Assembly: GCA_049724395.1 (NCBI GenBank) | Contig: JAUGWO010000112.1 | Coordinates: forward strand, 186,001-250,000 | Direction: 5' to 3' | DNA length: 64,000 nt | Source: Spongospora subterranea f. sp. subterranea | Lineage: Eukaryota | Shown: one piece after another, positions 1 to 12,752 of the stretch | How the letters are laid out: each line of letters starts with the position of its first letter | How positions within the stretch are numbered: the first letter of the stretch is position 1 | The notes under the pieces: generated by a model | Seen by the model: only the letters and a program-made list of their open reading frames with translations | Databases searched by the model: none | Told to the model about the DNA's origin: nothing | Position numbers and translations under genes: made by a program

Positions 1-393
1 ACCAAAGTTGCCGGTATCGGAGAAGTTTTTGGCCTTGAGCTCGTAGTCCTTGACACGAAGACCCAAGTTCACAATCTTCTCGGCCTTCTCTCCTCGAACA
101 GTGACGTGAGTGGAGATCTTCTCATTACGACGGATTGAGAAGGATCGAACGGTGTATCGGGCTGAAACAGGTCAATCAGGGCGATGATGGGCCGAATGGA
201 GTAATGGTTGATCGTGGATACCTTTGGAGAAGACTGGCTCCTGGTCGGTCAACTCTTTGAGAACAGTGGCGGCGCGGGTCAAACGATCCCCTCCTCCAAT
301 GCAAATATTTAGGACCAGCTTCTCAATGCCGATCTTCAACATCGGGTTAGCCGACTTCTCCTTGGCGGGAGCATCCTTCATGGCGACCGACAT
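1..393 (-). CDS. RPL11: 60S ribosomal protein L11 (uL5), 3'-partial; intron ~162-221
   Basis: [41 protein letters not shown] | [54 protein letters not shown] after splicing a 60-nt GT-AG intron. Confidence 0.96.
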
Positions 394-687
394 CCTTCAC
401 ACGCGATGTATGAGATCGTTGTTCTGGCCGGCATGCGGACTTCACGGAGTCCGTGGTCCATATGATCTTAGCGCAATTCAAATATATTCGATCCATCTCT
501 GCAGGACCCGGTGAAATTGTCGTCAGATGCACTTAATGTCCATCAATTGAATCGCCATATTGTGTCAATGTTAAATTCGTGATTGTAAATGATGCAATTG
601 ATACAGATAAGGCGGACTGATATCTAGAAATGAGTTTCAAATTGATGATAGTTATTTATATGATGATGATTATATATATATTTGTAT

Positions 688-1120
688 TTAGTGTTTGGGT
701 TTGGTTAATGACCCATCCCCGCCCATACAGTTTGGTGATGGGTTTACTGTTGGGTTGTTGGCCCATTGCTCCGGGGTCTTCGCCACGATCGACAATGCAT
801 GCACGCCGGAGTTCAGTTCTGCTTCAAGCGCTTTTTGCACGGCTCGATGCCGAGCTAATAATGGCTGACCATTGAAGGATTCCGACACTATCACCACTTT
901 GAAATGTGTCTAAGCCGTTTGTTAACAAGTACAGTTGAGGTTTGACATAAAGAGTGGTTTATACTTCTGAGTGTTTGGGAACATTGTGAAACTTGCTTTC
1001 GTTGATCACGTCTAGATATAGTGGATTGAATACTGATGTGAGTTTATCGGTAATGATACGAGAGATGGGGGATCTGGCGGCATATGCTGTTGAAACCATT
1101 GACCTCAATCCGGTAATCAT
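688..1120 (-). CDS. BOLA1: BolA-like protein (BolA1 type), 2 exons
   Basis: KLTSVFNPLYLDVINESKFHNVPKHSE | THFKVVIVSESFNGQPLLARHRAVQKAL...GVHALSIVAKTPEQW...SPNCMGG. Confidence 0.92.
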
Positions 1121-1250
1121 TTCAAAAAACCAGTCCGTGACGGTGATTGCCAATCAGCTATCACTTATCACCGCCCAGTCCATCACCATAGCGCCACACA
1201 TCATTGATACTACCTATAAATATGTTATTTTATCTATGGCTCTATACGGG

Positions 1251-3139
1251 CTAAGGCAAAATCGGGAGGTCGCGGTATTGTTCATGTTCGTGCGAACGAG
1301 ATGTTATTGATTTGTCATCAATGATCAATAAGGGGACTTGCAGGTTGCTCGAAATGAATGATGCCCCAGACCAATCCACTCTTCTGGTCCCGTTGGCGCT
1401 CATACCTCCTTCGTCATTAATGGGAGACCAGTTTTGTTTTCTTTGACGACGCAAAGGAGATTGTCTAGATATCACAGACAAATGAGGTGCCCCCGGGAGC
1501 ACTGCGCCAGGTGGCGAAATAGGACGGACAATCGTTCCGGGGCTGCATTCTGATTGAGGTCGCAGACGCAACGCAACTTGTTGATATTGGTTTTGTAAAG
1601 TATGAAGCTGTTTTTCCAAACTATTTTTTTGAGATTCTGTTTTCTGAACTCGAACGAGGGCCTGTTTAGCCTCGGCTTTGGCCTGATCATCTCAGATCAA
1701 TAAAATTATTCAGCGATATGAGTTAGTCATACCGCATTCAATTGGCTCCTCATTTGATTCAGTTCAGCAGTTTTATCTCGAAGTTTCTTTTTCTGTTCAT
1801 AAACAATGGAGAGACTTTCTTCTTGATGGTTAACGAACTTTGCGGCGATATTCAACCACTTGTCCTGAAAGTAATTAAACGATAAACGTACATCGTATGC
1901 TGAAGCCAATGGATAATTACCCTTTCACCTTCTAATCCTATCATATCTGAGTTCAGTTTGTTATTGATGGCTTTAACGGCGGCAATATCGTGTTCGAAAC
2001 GTCTTTTGGCTGCCCCGGCGCTCCCATTTGAACTTTCTAATTGCTCTAAAAGCGACTGGAAAGACGATTAATATCTTTACTGAGCAATTAATTACCCAGG
2101 TACCTGAATATACTTTTCAGCTTCAATTCGTTTTGATCTTTCATTTGAGTGCATGCGCTGTATTCGGGCAACCTTTGTCAAGTCGTCCGAAGAATTCTTT
2201 GGCTCCTCCTTGTGCTTGTCTGGCTGTATATTGTCCTATTTTGACAATTAATCGGAAATTCAATTGTATCACTTGCTGTTAACCTCAACTTTCGGCGATG
2301 GGCATAATTGAAGCGGGCCGTCATTCTCCGGTCGAGTCACCGGCTCCTCGAATTCGCGCTGCAGAACTTCCGGTACGCTGCAGGGTTCCTTAACCAGTTT
2401 GAACAGCGACCTTATTTTGGAAAATATGTGCTCTGCTGATGAATAAAACGAATTGGGAGTAACCACAATATCTGTCCAGGAAAATTGGGAAAATTTTAGA
2501 TTGCTAGATAATAACAAAGCCAAAGCAGGAAGCAATACCAAGCTTGTCGAGATCAAACAATTTATGGTGCCGTGGAGACTGATCAAGATCCAGATTTCTT
2601 CCTACAAATACAAATTCGTCAAACAAATCTAAGCGCGCACTGAACCGATCGTGCCATTATGGAGAAGGACTGTAGATTTGCAATCGTTGCAGTGCCCCAC
2701 TCCATATTTTTCTTTCATATGTACTTTGACAATCTCTCGCAGATGACACGTCCAACTAATCCGATAAACGACATCCTGCATGGAATTATTTAAACCGCTC
2801 ACTATTGGTATCGCGTTCACTACCTCAGTTTTGCTCTCGTCACAAATCATTAGTCGCAAAAATTTCGATCCTGGGGCTTGCCTTGTGTCGCCAAACATAT
2901 TATCCACCTGAAATCACTTGGAACTCGAACCGCAAGCCCACATCTCTTCCAGCCACAACTACCTGTATTTGATGGTTATGTCTTTTCGTATCGCCATGGC
3001 GTCGATTCGCTTTTTTAAGGGGTATTTGTATCAATGGTTCTAACGTCTCTTCAGGCCTGCCGCGCAGGCAGACTTCTTCCAACAGTACAACTGTCAATAT
3101 TGACAGGAGAAGTGTCGGACCTGCTAAGGCCTTCAACAA
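1251..3139 (-). CDS. Hypothetical multi-exon coiled-coil protein; boundaries uncertain
   Basis: Several minus-strand ORF pieces with heptad-like composition (EQKKKLRDKTAELNQMRSQLNA; EKQLHTLQNQYQQVALR) separated by short intron-like gaps. Confidence 0.4.
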
Positions 3140-4008
3140 CCAAAACTGACTCGGTCCGCCACCGATATTTCCTGATAGGCGATCGTCAGGACATGGTTTC
3201 TTCTGGGCAGAATTTTGATCCTACCCAGCATTAGGGAGGCGTCGCAAGATTTTGGGTCTAATATGCCAAGCCATATCAAGAAATTACACGTTATTTCTAC
3301 GATCTGGGACATGAGTCTGGAAGGAGCGCGACGCAGAGATGATATGATCTTATTTGAACTTTATACAACACGATCTCGATCGATTTCCTCATACCCCGTC
3401 CGACATGTGATCACAATATCAATCAATCAAATGAGGGTTAATTGGATAAGGAATCAGCCTATATTGATTCCACACTGTGTATGTAAGCAGGAAGTAATGT
3501 AAGTACCTGTCGGGCCCAGCTATAGTTGAACTCGATTACTGTACTGTCAATGATGAGTTTGATGTCCCGCATGTCTGCGAATCCGTAGGAAGTTGATCGC
3601 GTTCATGGCGAATGATACACATACGAACTACAACATCTTGAAGTGGCACTGAAACCACTCAAGGTACAATCTGTCGGCCAACCTGATTAGGGTTTCATCA
3701 TCCACCCATAAAAAATGTGTGGAAATAAAAACACGTCCGGTGCGAAATTTTCAAGACTCAAATCTGCGGTTAGATTGATGTTATGATGGTGGCTTTCAGC
3801 CAGAAAACATTCAGTATAAAATGTCGGTAGAATGTTTCTCCACCTATATAATTAGCTTTCAGTGTAAGACCCTTCATCCTTTTATCATATGGTGCTTGGT
3901 AGAAGACTAGAAGCACTGTGCTTATGCAGGGTCCGATCGGCGATCTGCGCACACCAGGCGCACAAAACACTTAAGTACCGATCATTCTCCTTTTTATGAT
4001 CACGGAAA

Positions 4009-4432
4009 ATGTGGCGAGCAGCTCGACAGATGGTCGCTCGGGTATTCTTCAAGAGGAAACTGGTCGGCAACGACAAACTTGGCAATCAGTACTTTGTTGA
4101 ACCTGGGTACGGTGGCTATCAAAAGCGCTGTGTGGATTACGCTGGGAGATTACCAGATCCCAGGACCATTCCGTGGCAGTGGGCTAGGTGGTTGCGTGGC
4201 CAAAGGTCTGACGCACCGACAGCTGATGAGATGGCAGCTTTATGAGAAAGCTGTTAGCGTGTACAATAGTCGAATCCAGAAAGTTGAAGAAGCAGCAAGA
4301 TTAGAACAGGAAAAAATTCAAAGAGAAGGCGGTGTAGTTCATGTCAAGGGTCGTCCATACGAAAGTATTCACGGTTTCATTGAGGCAATCGATGCTGATC
4401 GCCAAGAAAGCCAGCAAAAACCGGCTTCTTAG
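4009..4432 (+). CDS. NADH:ubiquinone oxidoreductase NDUFA12/NDUFAF2 family protein; +1 frameshift near 4240
   Basis: KLVGNDKLGNQYF...KRCVDY...IPWQWARWLRGQRSDAPT motif; continues in another frame as YEKAVSVYNSRIQKVEEAARLEQEK. Confidence 0.85.
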
Positions 4433-4730
4433 GTTGTACTGACCTAGAAACCAGTATTTTCAGCCCAAAATACGCAAAGTTCATTCAACACATTGATAGT
4501 GCTGCCATTCCTTTAAGAACATTCTTCTTTTTCCGTCAAAAATAACCAACAAATTGCTCAAAAAAATTGAAAAGCCATGCAGACGAAGATAAGAAGGATT
4601 TGAACTCTTATCGTTGCAATAGTGGATATATCAATGCATCAACATCATCATTGGTGTTGGTGCGGTTGATATATATCCAGAATAAACGCCCCATATTTTG
4701 TAGATACTGCTCTTCCCAATTGTGTCACAC

Positions 4731-6760
4731 AGAGCAGGGACGCCGGCCTCTTTCCGTATTGTGTTGCAGTTGTATCAGGTTGTATCCCTATGTCCATTGT
4801 AATTGTTACACCAGAACATGTAGAGCAGGGACGCCGGCCTCTTTCCGTATTGTGTTGCAGTTGTATCAGGTTGTATCCCTATGTCCATTGTAATTGTTAC
4901 ACCCGAACATGTAGAGCAGGGACGCCGGCCTCTTTCCGTATTGTGTTGCAGTTGTATCAGGTTGTATCCCTATGTCCATTGTAATTGTTACACCCGAACA
5001 TGTAGAGCAGGGACGCCGGCCTCTTTCCGTATTGTGTTGCAGTTGTATCAGGTTGTATCCCTATGTCCATTGTAATTGTTACACCCGAACATGTAGAGCA
5101 GGGACACCGGCCTCTTTCCGTATTGTGTTGCAGTTGTATCAGGTTGTATCCCTATGTCCATTGTAATTGTTACACCAGAACATGTAGAGCAGGGATTGTA
5201 TTGTGTTGCATTCAGGTTTACACCACCCGAACATGTAGAGCAGGGACGCCGGCCTCTTTCCGTATTGTGTTGCAGTTGTATCAGGTTGTGTCCCTATGTC
5301 CATTGTAATTGTTACACCCGAACATGTAGAGCAGGGACACCGGCCTCTTTCCGTATTGTGTTGCAGTTGTATCAGGTTGTATCCCTATGTCCATTGTAAT
5401 TGTTACACCAGAACATGTAGAGCAGGGACGCCGGCCTCTTTCCGTATTGTGTTGCAGTTGTTGCAGTTGTATCAGGTTGTGTCCCTATGTCCATTGTAAT
5501 TGTTACACAAGAACATGTAGAGCAGGGACACCGGCCTCTTTCCGTATTGTGTTGCAGTTGTATCAGGTTGTATCCCGATGTCCATTGTAATTGTTACACC
5601 AGAACATGTAGAGCAGGGACACCGGCCTCTTTCCGTATTGTGTTGCAGTTGTATCAGGTTGTATCCCTATGTCCATTGTAATTGTTACACCAGAACATGT
5701 AGAGCAGGGACACCGGCCTCTTTCCGTATTGTGTTGCAGTTGTATCAGGTTGTATCCCTATGTCCATTGTAATTGTTACACCAGAACATGTAGAGCAGGG
5801 ACGCCGGCCTCTTTCCGTATTGTGTTGCAGTTGTATCAGGTTGTATCCCTATGTCCATTGTAATTGTTACACCAGAACATGTAGAGCAGGGACGCCGGCC
5901 TCTTTCCGTATTGTGTTGCAGTTGTATCAGGTTGTATCCCTATGTCCATTGTAATTGTTACACCAGAACATGTAGAGCAGGGACGCCGGCCTCTTTCCGT
6001 ATTGTGTTGCAGTTGTATCAGGTTGTATCCCTATGTCCATTGTAATTGTTACACCAGAACATGTAGAGCAGGGACGCCGGCCTCTTTCCGTATTGTGTTG
6101 CAGTTGTATCAGGTTGTATCCCTATGTCCATTGTAATTGTTACACCAGAACATGTAGAGCAGGGACGCCGGCCTCTTTCCGTATTGTGTTTGCAGTTGTA
6201 TCAGGTTGTATCCCTATGTCCATTGTAATTGTTACACCAGAACATGTAGAGCAGGGACGCCGGCCTCTTTCTGTTGCAGTTGTATCAGGTTGTTCCCTAT
6301 GTCCATTGTAATTGTTACACCAGAACATGTAGAGCAGACGCCGGCCTCTTTCCGTATTGTGTTGCAGTTGTATCAGGTTGTATCCCTATGTCCATTGTAA
6401 TTGTTACACCAGAACATGTAGAGCAGGGACGCCGGCCTCTTTCCGTATTGTGTTGCAGTTGTATCAGGTTGTATCCCTATGTCCATTGTAATTGTTACAT
6501 CCCTATGTCCATTGTAAGAACATGTAGAGCAGGGACGCCGGCCTCTTTCCGTATTGTGTTGGAGATTGTGATCATGTAGGTAGTGTTCGGATGTCCATTG
6601 TAATTGACAACTCCGGCCTCTTTCCGTATTGTGTTTTGCCTCTTTCCGTAGGCAGAGCAGGGACGCCGGCCTCTTTCCGTATTGTGGATCAGGTTGTATC
6701 CCTATGTCCATTGTAATTGTTACACCAGAACATGTAGAGCAGGGACACCGGCCTCTTTCC
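4731..6760. repeat. Tandem array of a 91-bp unit, about 22 copies, degenerate at the right end
   Basis: Unit CATGTAGAGCAGGGACGCCGGCCTCTTTCCGTATTGTGTTGCAGTTGTATCAGGTTGTATCCCTATGTCCATTGTAATTGTTACACCAGAA; identical spurious ORFs recur every 91 nt. Confidence 0.98.
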
Positions 6761-6770
6761 AAGTTTCTTC

Positions 6771-6986
6771 AAGTTTCTTCTGGAAACGGTGCGACCTTTT
6801 AATTGAGAGAGAAAATGAAGAAACTCATGAGCACCGAGAGGGCGCTTCGAGTCCTCCCACTCCTGACCTCTTTTTGAAATGCTAAGAATAGGTCTGGACT
6901 TCTGTGCAAGCCCGCCTTCTCGGTGCTCATGAGTTTCTTCATTTTCTCTCTCAATTTAAAAGGTGGCACCGCTTCCAGAAGAACTT
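6771..6986. repeat. Imperfect inverted repeat, ~75-bp arms (6771-6844 / 6912-6986), ~65-nt spacer
   Basis: AAGTTTCTTCTGGAAACGGTGCGACC...GCACCGAGAGGGCG is the near reverse complement of CGCCTTCTCGGTGCTC...GGTGGCACCGCTTCCAGAAGAACTT. Confidence 0.93.
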
Positions 6987-7445
6987 AACTTCTAGCTTCT
7001 GGCCTTCCTTGCCTTCAAAGGAGTTCTCCCATCCGTGCTTTTTCACAATCTCTATGAAGTCACCGGTTAATGACATGACTCTCCCTAACGGTGTTCCATC
7101 TGTCTTCATGGCCAGCTTCTTCATTTCTTTGGACATGTCGGCTCCGTCTTTGTCCTTCTCCAACTGGTCCTTCAGTCAGTCGTATAGGTCCTTGTCTGTG
7201 AGTACGTCTTCATGAGCCTTCAGCTCGTATCTACAGATGGCTTTCAACAAGCTTGGCTTGATGATCGACTTCAACGGACGGGGTTCCATGCCATCGGCGC
7301 CGGCTTTTTTTTTACGCCAACATAAACCTTATACTTCGCCATGAAATTCAGGATCTCCTCCCGATCAAATCCTACTTATTTACTTCAAAGGTTACAGTGG
7401 ACACCCGAACATGTAGAGCAGGGACACCGGCCTCTTTCCGTATTA
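6951..7445 (-). mobile_element. Decayed LTR-retrotransposon gag-like fragment, flanked by a partial copy of the 91-bp unit (7401-7444)
   Basis: Minus-strand reading GMEPRPLKSIIKPSLLKAICRYELKAHEDVLTDKDLYD*LKDQLEKDKDGADMSKEMKKLAMK...RVMSLTGDFIEIVKKHGW has an in-frame stop and resembles protist Ty3/Gypsy gag (recalled, not searched). Confidence 0.5.
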
Positions 7446-7564
7446 TGTAGAGCGGGTTGCAGTCCTAAGACATCATGAGTGGCCTCTTCTATGTTCCTAC
7501 TCGTAAATCTCTGACTTCACACCCATAATGATTATATCGTTTGTTGAGACCGGGTCAATTATCT

Positions 7565-8851
7565 ATGGTTCAGAAAACGGAATTTCGGAAAACCACCGAT
7601 AAATTCGGAATCAAGTATGTCAATCAGTATAGGATCGGGAAACCGTTAGGTCAAGGGACTTCTTCAAGGGTGGTTACGGGGACTGATGATCGAGGAAATC
7701 AACGAGTAAACTCTGAGTTCATTCCAATGAAAGCTATATAATAACTTCATTTTCAACAACAGGCATTGAAGATATTTTCAAAAGCGCGTTTAAGAAAACA
7801 GAGCAGCGCATTTAGGCCAGTAAACGAATCTGTCAGCTCTGGTAATCGTGGACAAACCGAAATTCTGCATCTAAGCAGGCTTGGTTTCGAAGAAAATGCC
7901 CACATAAATATAATCAAGCTATATGAGGTTATGGACGATCCATCTAAAGATAATATGGCGTTAGGTCAGCGTCTACTACCGTTTGGCGTGTAATCTAGAC
8001 TTTTGAAGTGATCAACGTAGTTGTATCTTACAGTTCTTCAACTAGCTAACGTGGGTGAAATCACATCCTGGGATCAAACAACGGCTACATATTCCTGCAA
8101 ATGGCAGTCAACAATGGGACCGCCATGGATCATCACTGAGGACGTTGCTCGCTCTTGTTTCACACAAATAGCAGCCGCTGTAAATCATCGTAAAACGGAA
8201 CTATTTGCTCTTTATATTTTTTCGGCTTCTAATTCATCGCTCTTGCTCAGTCCATAGTCATATGCTGATATGCCACCGCGACATCAAACCCTCAAACATG
8301 CTGTAAGGTTGTGCGAAATTTTCCAGCGTTTATTTATTATTTTCATCTGAAGAATACATCTCGTCAATGGACACCCTCAAGTGTTATTGTCAGACTTCGG
8401 AGTCGCCCAATCGTTTGCAGATACGCCCATGTTCACAGATATTATGGGGACTTATCCGGTAGTAGATGAGCATCTGATTTCCTCATCGAATGCTAAGTCT
8501 GACCCACTTTAGTTTATTCCACCAGAGGCATGTTCCGGTGAGTTGCGTAATTTTATCGTCTAGGGTCTTTTCAAAGGTGTCGATTTTGTAGGTGAACCAT
8601 ATGACGGCAGAGCTGCAGACATCTGGGCCCTTGGCGTCACCCTCTACAGCATAGTATTCGGAAAGTTACCATTTTACCACCAGAATCTGCTCCAACTATT
8701 TCAATTGATCGAAAATTGCGATCTGGATTTTCCCCTTCTGTCGAGAGATCATCCAGTATTAGATCTTTTGGCGAACATCTTTTTATTGAATAAGAACCCG
8801 CACAAACGGCAAATGGATAAGATTTTGAGCCACCCATGGCTTCAATCCTGA
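7565..8851 (+). CDS. Ser/Thr protein kinase, CaMKK/SAK1/GRIK-like, multi-exon; start uncertain
   Basis: YVNQYRIGKPLGQGTSSRV; ALKIFSKARLRK; HINIIKLYEVMDDP; CHRDIKPSNML; LSDFGVAQ; FIPPEACSG; ADIWALGVTLY; HPWLQS*. Confidence 0.88.
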
Positions 8852-9157
8852 CCTATCCCTGAACTACAATGCTGAATCACATATATATATTGACAAGAAG
8901 CACATTTTCATTTGTACTCTGTTATTATACCAGCGACTGTTGAATTCTGGTGATCAAGGATGCAATTGAACCCATAGAACCACAGTTACTTAATTATGGA
9001 GCGGTATATATTTTTAAAGAGAATACGATGATGACGTTATATATATTTAACATGTCAATTCCCGGCTAAATCAAACGACTAGTATTGAAATTGCTCCGTC
9101 AGGAAAATACTCGAAACCCCTTTTGATATGGAGGCGCTGTCCTTCCATGCACCCAAC

Positions 9158-10361
9158 TTACAAACCTAACTCGCGAAACACGGATTCCACAATATCCGCT
9201 TCTGGCGATTTTGATTTCCGGATCAAGTCGCTGACACAGCTTCGCTTGTGAACTAGACGAGCAATATCGTCCGGGGATCTTCTTTCGCGATTGAATTGAG
9301 TGTGATCGGCGCTCAGAGACATCAGCATTGTCATGGCCGCCAGATTTCCTCGGCGAACGGCATCGTGCAACGGTGTATTCTGCATTCCGCTGACCGCATG
9401 AGCGTTGATATTCCATCCGTGTTTCGACAGAATTTCAATACATCGTGGGGCGTCTAACCTGGCACCGATATTCATCAGGATCGATGCGTCTTTAGGCGGT
9501 AAACGATGACCCCTCTCATTAAGCAATGCCTGCTGACAATATTAACCATACGATCTACTATAATTTCGACACCTTCCTACATCCAACGCGGTCGCATTGT
9601 CATGGAGCCCGACGTCGACACCAACGCTTTTCAAAGCCAGTTTCGATTCCAGAGTTAAATTGGTGGCAGCGTCATCTTTTACGGCAATGGCCAAGGCGAA
9701 CCCTAAATCGCAGATATTTAGGTCAACTCAGAAACAGTCGAAAACGACAATTCTGACCAGGGTGGCGAAGGGCTTCGGCGATGAAGGATTGCAGATCAGT
9801 ATTGCCATCGCCCGAATACAGATGTGTATCAAAGTTCTCGGACCTGATGTCCAACGTGGTCGGGTCTAGGAGAATGGCGTTGATCCCTCGCCTATTGACA
9901 CTGTAATCGATCCCGTTCACCACAAGACGGGTCTGATTCCCGTCCTGGAAACCGGACGATATCGCATGTAATACGATCTGATTGCCGCCCGCCTAATCCG
10001 TCCGTCTCAATACACTGGATTATGGAGATTATAACAAGGGGGGAGTGAAACCGACCTGCATTAACCATCGAACATCGGCCGGTCCTTGTGACCTCGATCT
10101 GATCTGGAATGTGTCATTCGATGCGCTACCGCCGATCACCCCAATATACGCTAACGACCCTCGAAACGGTAATCCCATAATGCAATCATAGGCCAGGTAG
10201 AGGGCGTCAAAATCCAGATATGGGCGATTGGGGGCGTGATATATCGGACTCGGGTAAATGTAATGATCATAGACTTGGGGTTTCACGGAAACGAATGGCG
10301 CTACACGGGATCGACCTTTACCATATTGACCGAACTGATACCCGTTATCGTTGCCCGACAT
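9158..10361 (-). CDS. ILEI/PANDER(GG)-domain plus ankyrin-repeat protein; 5' end uncertain
   Basis: RGINAILLDPTTLDIRSENFDTHLY...LQSFIAEAL..|..AIAVKDDAATNLTLESKLALKSVG (ILEI-like); C-terminal TPLHDAVRRGNLAAMTMLMSLSAD (ankyrin). Confidence 0.7.
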
Positions 10362-10517
10362 CCAGCACTCTGTTCCGAATGGCGTTCAACGATGATCAGA
10401 TGCACGCGCCACTATTCGCGTGGCGCCCAACATGATTGAATCACGCCGTTGGTCGATGCTGACTCAATGTCAGGAACACCTGTCTGCATATTGATTCAGT
10501 TATTTAAGTCGGCTCGA

Positions 10518-12237
10518 ATGCCATTGCAGAATGACGCCATCCGATTTTATAGTAAGAAGTATTTCACAAATCCCGAGGCGCTGCTGTATGTGAAAATTTC
10601 ACAGCCTCCATCACCGTCGACAATTCCACGACGACATCCACGGCATCATCGCCAAAAGGTCGTAGAGCAACAACTCGCCGCCCGGCAATCTTCACCACGT
10701 CATCATTCTCGACGTCAACAACATGACGTCCCGATTCGCCATGAGACCAAGCCACCCATTGTAGCCCGACCATCCAGACAGCCCACTCGGGAGCGGAAAC
10801 CGGTTGAAGCCGCTAAACCAGATTCGCATCGGGACGTCGTCTCTGATCGGGTCGAATTGATTCCAGAATCGAGGCGAGATGATCGCAACTTGGTCGATAA
10901 CTTATTGCACGAGCTGCTCGATACCGAGATTAAATACGTCATTGACTTGAAATCGTTATCGTCCTTTTATACGGAGCGGATGGTTGAACAAGCCGAGGAC
11001 GCATCAACGGCCATCATATCCATGGAGCAAACGCGAACGTGTTTTCTGGACCCATTGCCAATCGCCGACGTGCACACGAGATTGCGAGAGAAGCTGAGTG
11101 AAGCGATTAGCAAGCAGCATACGACAGCAAAACAAGTATCACTGTTTTGTGGGATTATTCTCGATATGATTGAGGACCTTCGAGCGCCGTATACAGCATA
11201 CTTGGCCATGTTCGCCACCTCGGCGCATCTGCTCAACAGGCTACGGGCGACGATCCCGAAATTCGCAGCGACGCTGGAAGAGGTCCGATCCCAAACTGGA
11301 ATGGATATTGGATCCATGTTGATATTACCGGTTCAACGCCTTCCTCGTTATGAGCTGTTCTTGGATCGTCTAGAGAAACACACTCCGGGATCACGGCGAG
11401 TAAATCCTAAACATGCCATTAACTATGAATCAAACTTACCGCGACAACAAATTTTCGCGTCTCAGTTAACTTTGTTCAAAATTGTCGATGAACAGTTTTA
11501 ATTTTAGTTGCTGTATTTTCAATCAACGAATTTCGAAAGTTTCCACAAAAAAATGCACAATTTACCCTGATGTATTGGTTTCAGGTCCGTCGAGCCCGAG
11601 AAGAGTTTAGTCGTTTGATTCACGAAATCAACCAGTCCGCTTCTTCAACAGCGCAACTGGAACATCTGCAATGGAACGAATTCGATGGTCGCGTTAATCT
11701 TGTAACGCCGAATCGCTCGCTGATTCGAATCGATGACGTCCGCACCACCGTTGACGGCTCTGCTTTCTGGATTCGAAATAGCCGGTCCATTGTCAATATC
11801 GTTATCATTTTGTGCAATGACGTCATAGTTGTCGCTAATCGAATATCCGGTAAATTGAGCTTGGGGTGAAACCATGTCGCTATTTGTTAGTGAAGTGCCG
11901 CTTTTTGGTTGAATCATTTGGGGGCGATAAAGGTGTGCAAACTCTTAACCCACACAGTTTCGGTGGCTGGTGTTTAGGTGGCGGAATGCGATTACGAACG
12001 GTTGTGGCGTTATCTGGAGTAAGAATAACTGATCTAGAAGACAATGGCGATATCGTCAGCGCTTTCACCATCGCTGGAAAATCCACTTCGCTGACGATTA
12101 TGTGCGACGGAGCCGATAAAAAGCAATCGTATATGGAGGAGCTGAGGATGGCCCTAGGGCGAGTAAATATGAACGGAAACGCTCTCGATTTGGATTTACT
12201 GGAGATGACCGTGGCCATTGATCTGACGGAATCTTGA
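10518..12237 (+). CDS. Rho guanine-nucleotide exchange factor (DH + PH), multi-exon
   Basis: LLHELLDTEIKYVIDL and SMLILPVQRLPRYELFLDRLEKHTP (DH); LVTPNRSLIR...IILCNDVIVVA...AFTIAGKSTSLTIMCDGADKKQSYMEEL (PH). Confidence 0.88.
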
Positions 12238-12752
12238 TCGTAATCAATGCCTAAAACATTGGATAAGGTTGGCCTTTCGCTGTACGACGCGTGTTCTTGT
12301 TTCTCAACATCTCCCTGATTGAGAGAACTTTTGAGCCAAGCCGTTGTCCATTGCTAGGAGACCGTCATCAATTGCTGCCGTAGAGAGCGCAGCTCTTGTT
12401 TTGATTGGAATGAAAATCAGGTGTCTTGTGTTCGTTGAGGCCAGAGTATCATTGTGATGTTAAATATCGTCGTGTAATGCTTGATAGCCCGACGATAAGG
12501 CCTACAACGTATGCGTATTCGGTAAAGCATTTCACTTTTTTCCAACTTAAGACGGATCCCCTTATCGGATTTGAACTACTGTTGATGAATGAATATCGAG
12601 GAGGTGTTGTTCGAATACCGTATCCACACCTGAACTGTACGCTTTGGCATAAGACAGACAGTATGTTAAATAAATCTGTAGTTTATGTGTGTTGTGATAA
12701 ATAAGCAAGCAAATAGATACAAAGAGTAGATCATTGAACTGCTGATACAGAG

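Noticed and set aside
270..310. RPL11 has CIGGGDR instead of the conserved CVGESGDR
   Set aside because: An in-frame one-residue difference in a G/A-rich run; cannot tell divergence from assembly error
4790..6579. Repeated 64-aa Cys-rich ORFs as a peptide gene family
   Set aside because: Artefact of a 91-bp period (not a multiple of 3) cycling through frames; indel variants ignore frame
4731..6760. CRISPR-like array
   Set aside because: Units are contiguous and near-identical with no unique spacers; eukaryotic context and no cas genes. The same applies to the 95-bp and 53-bp arrays.
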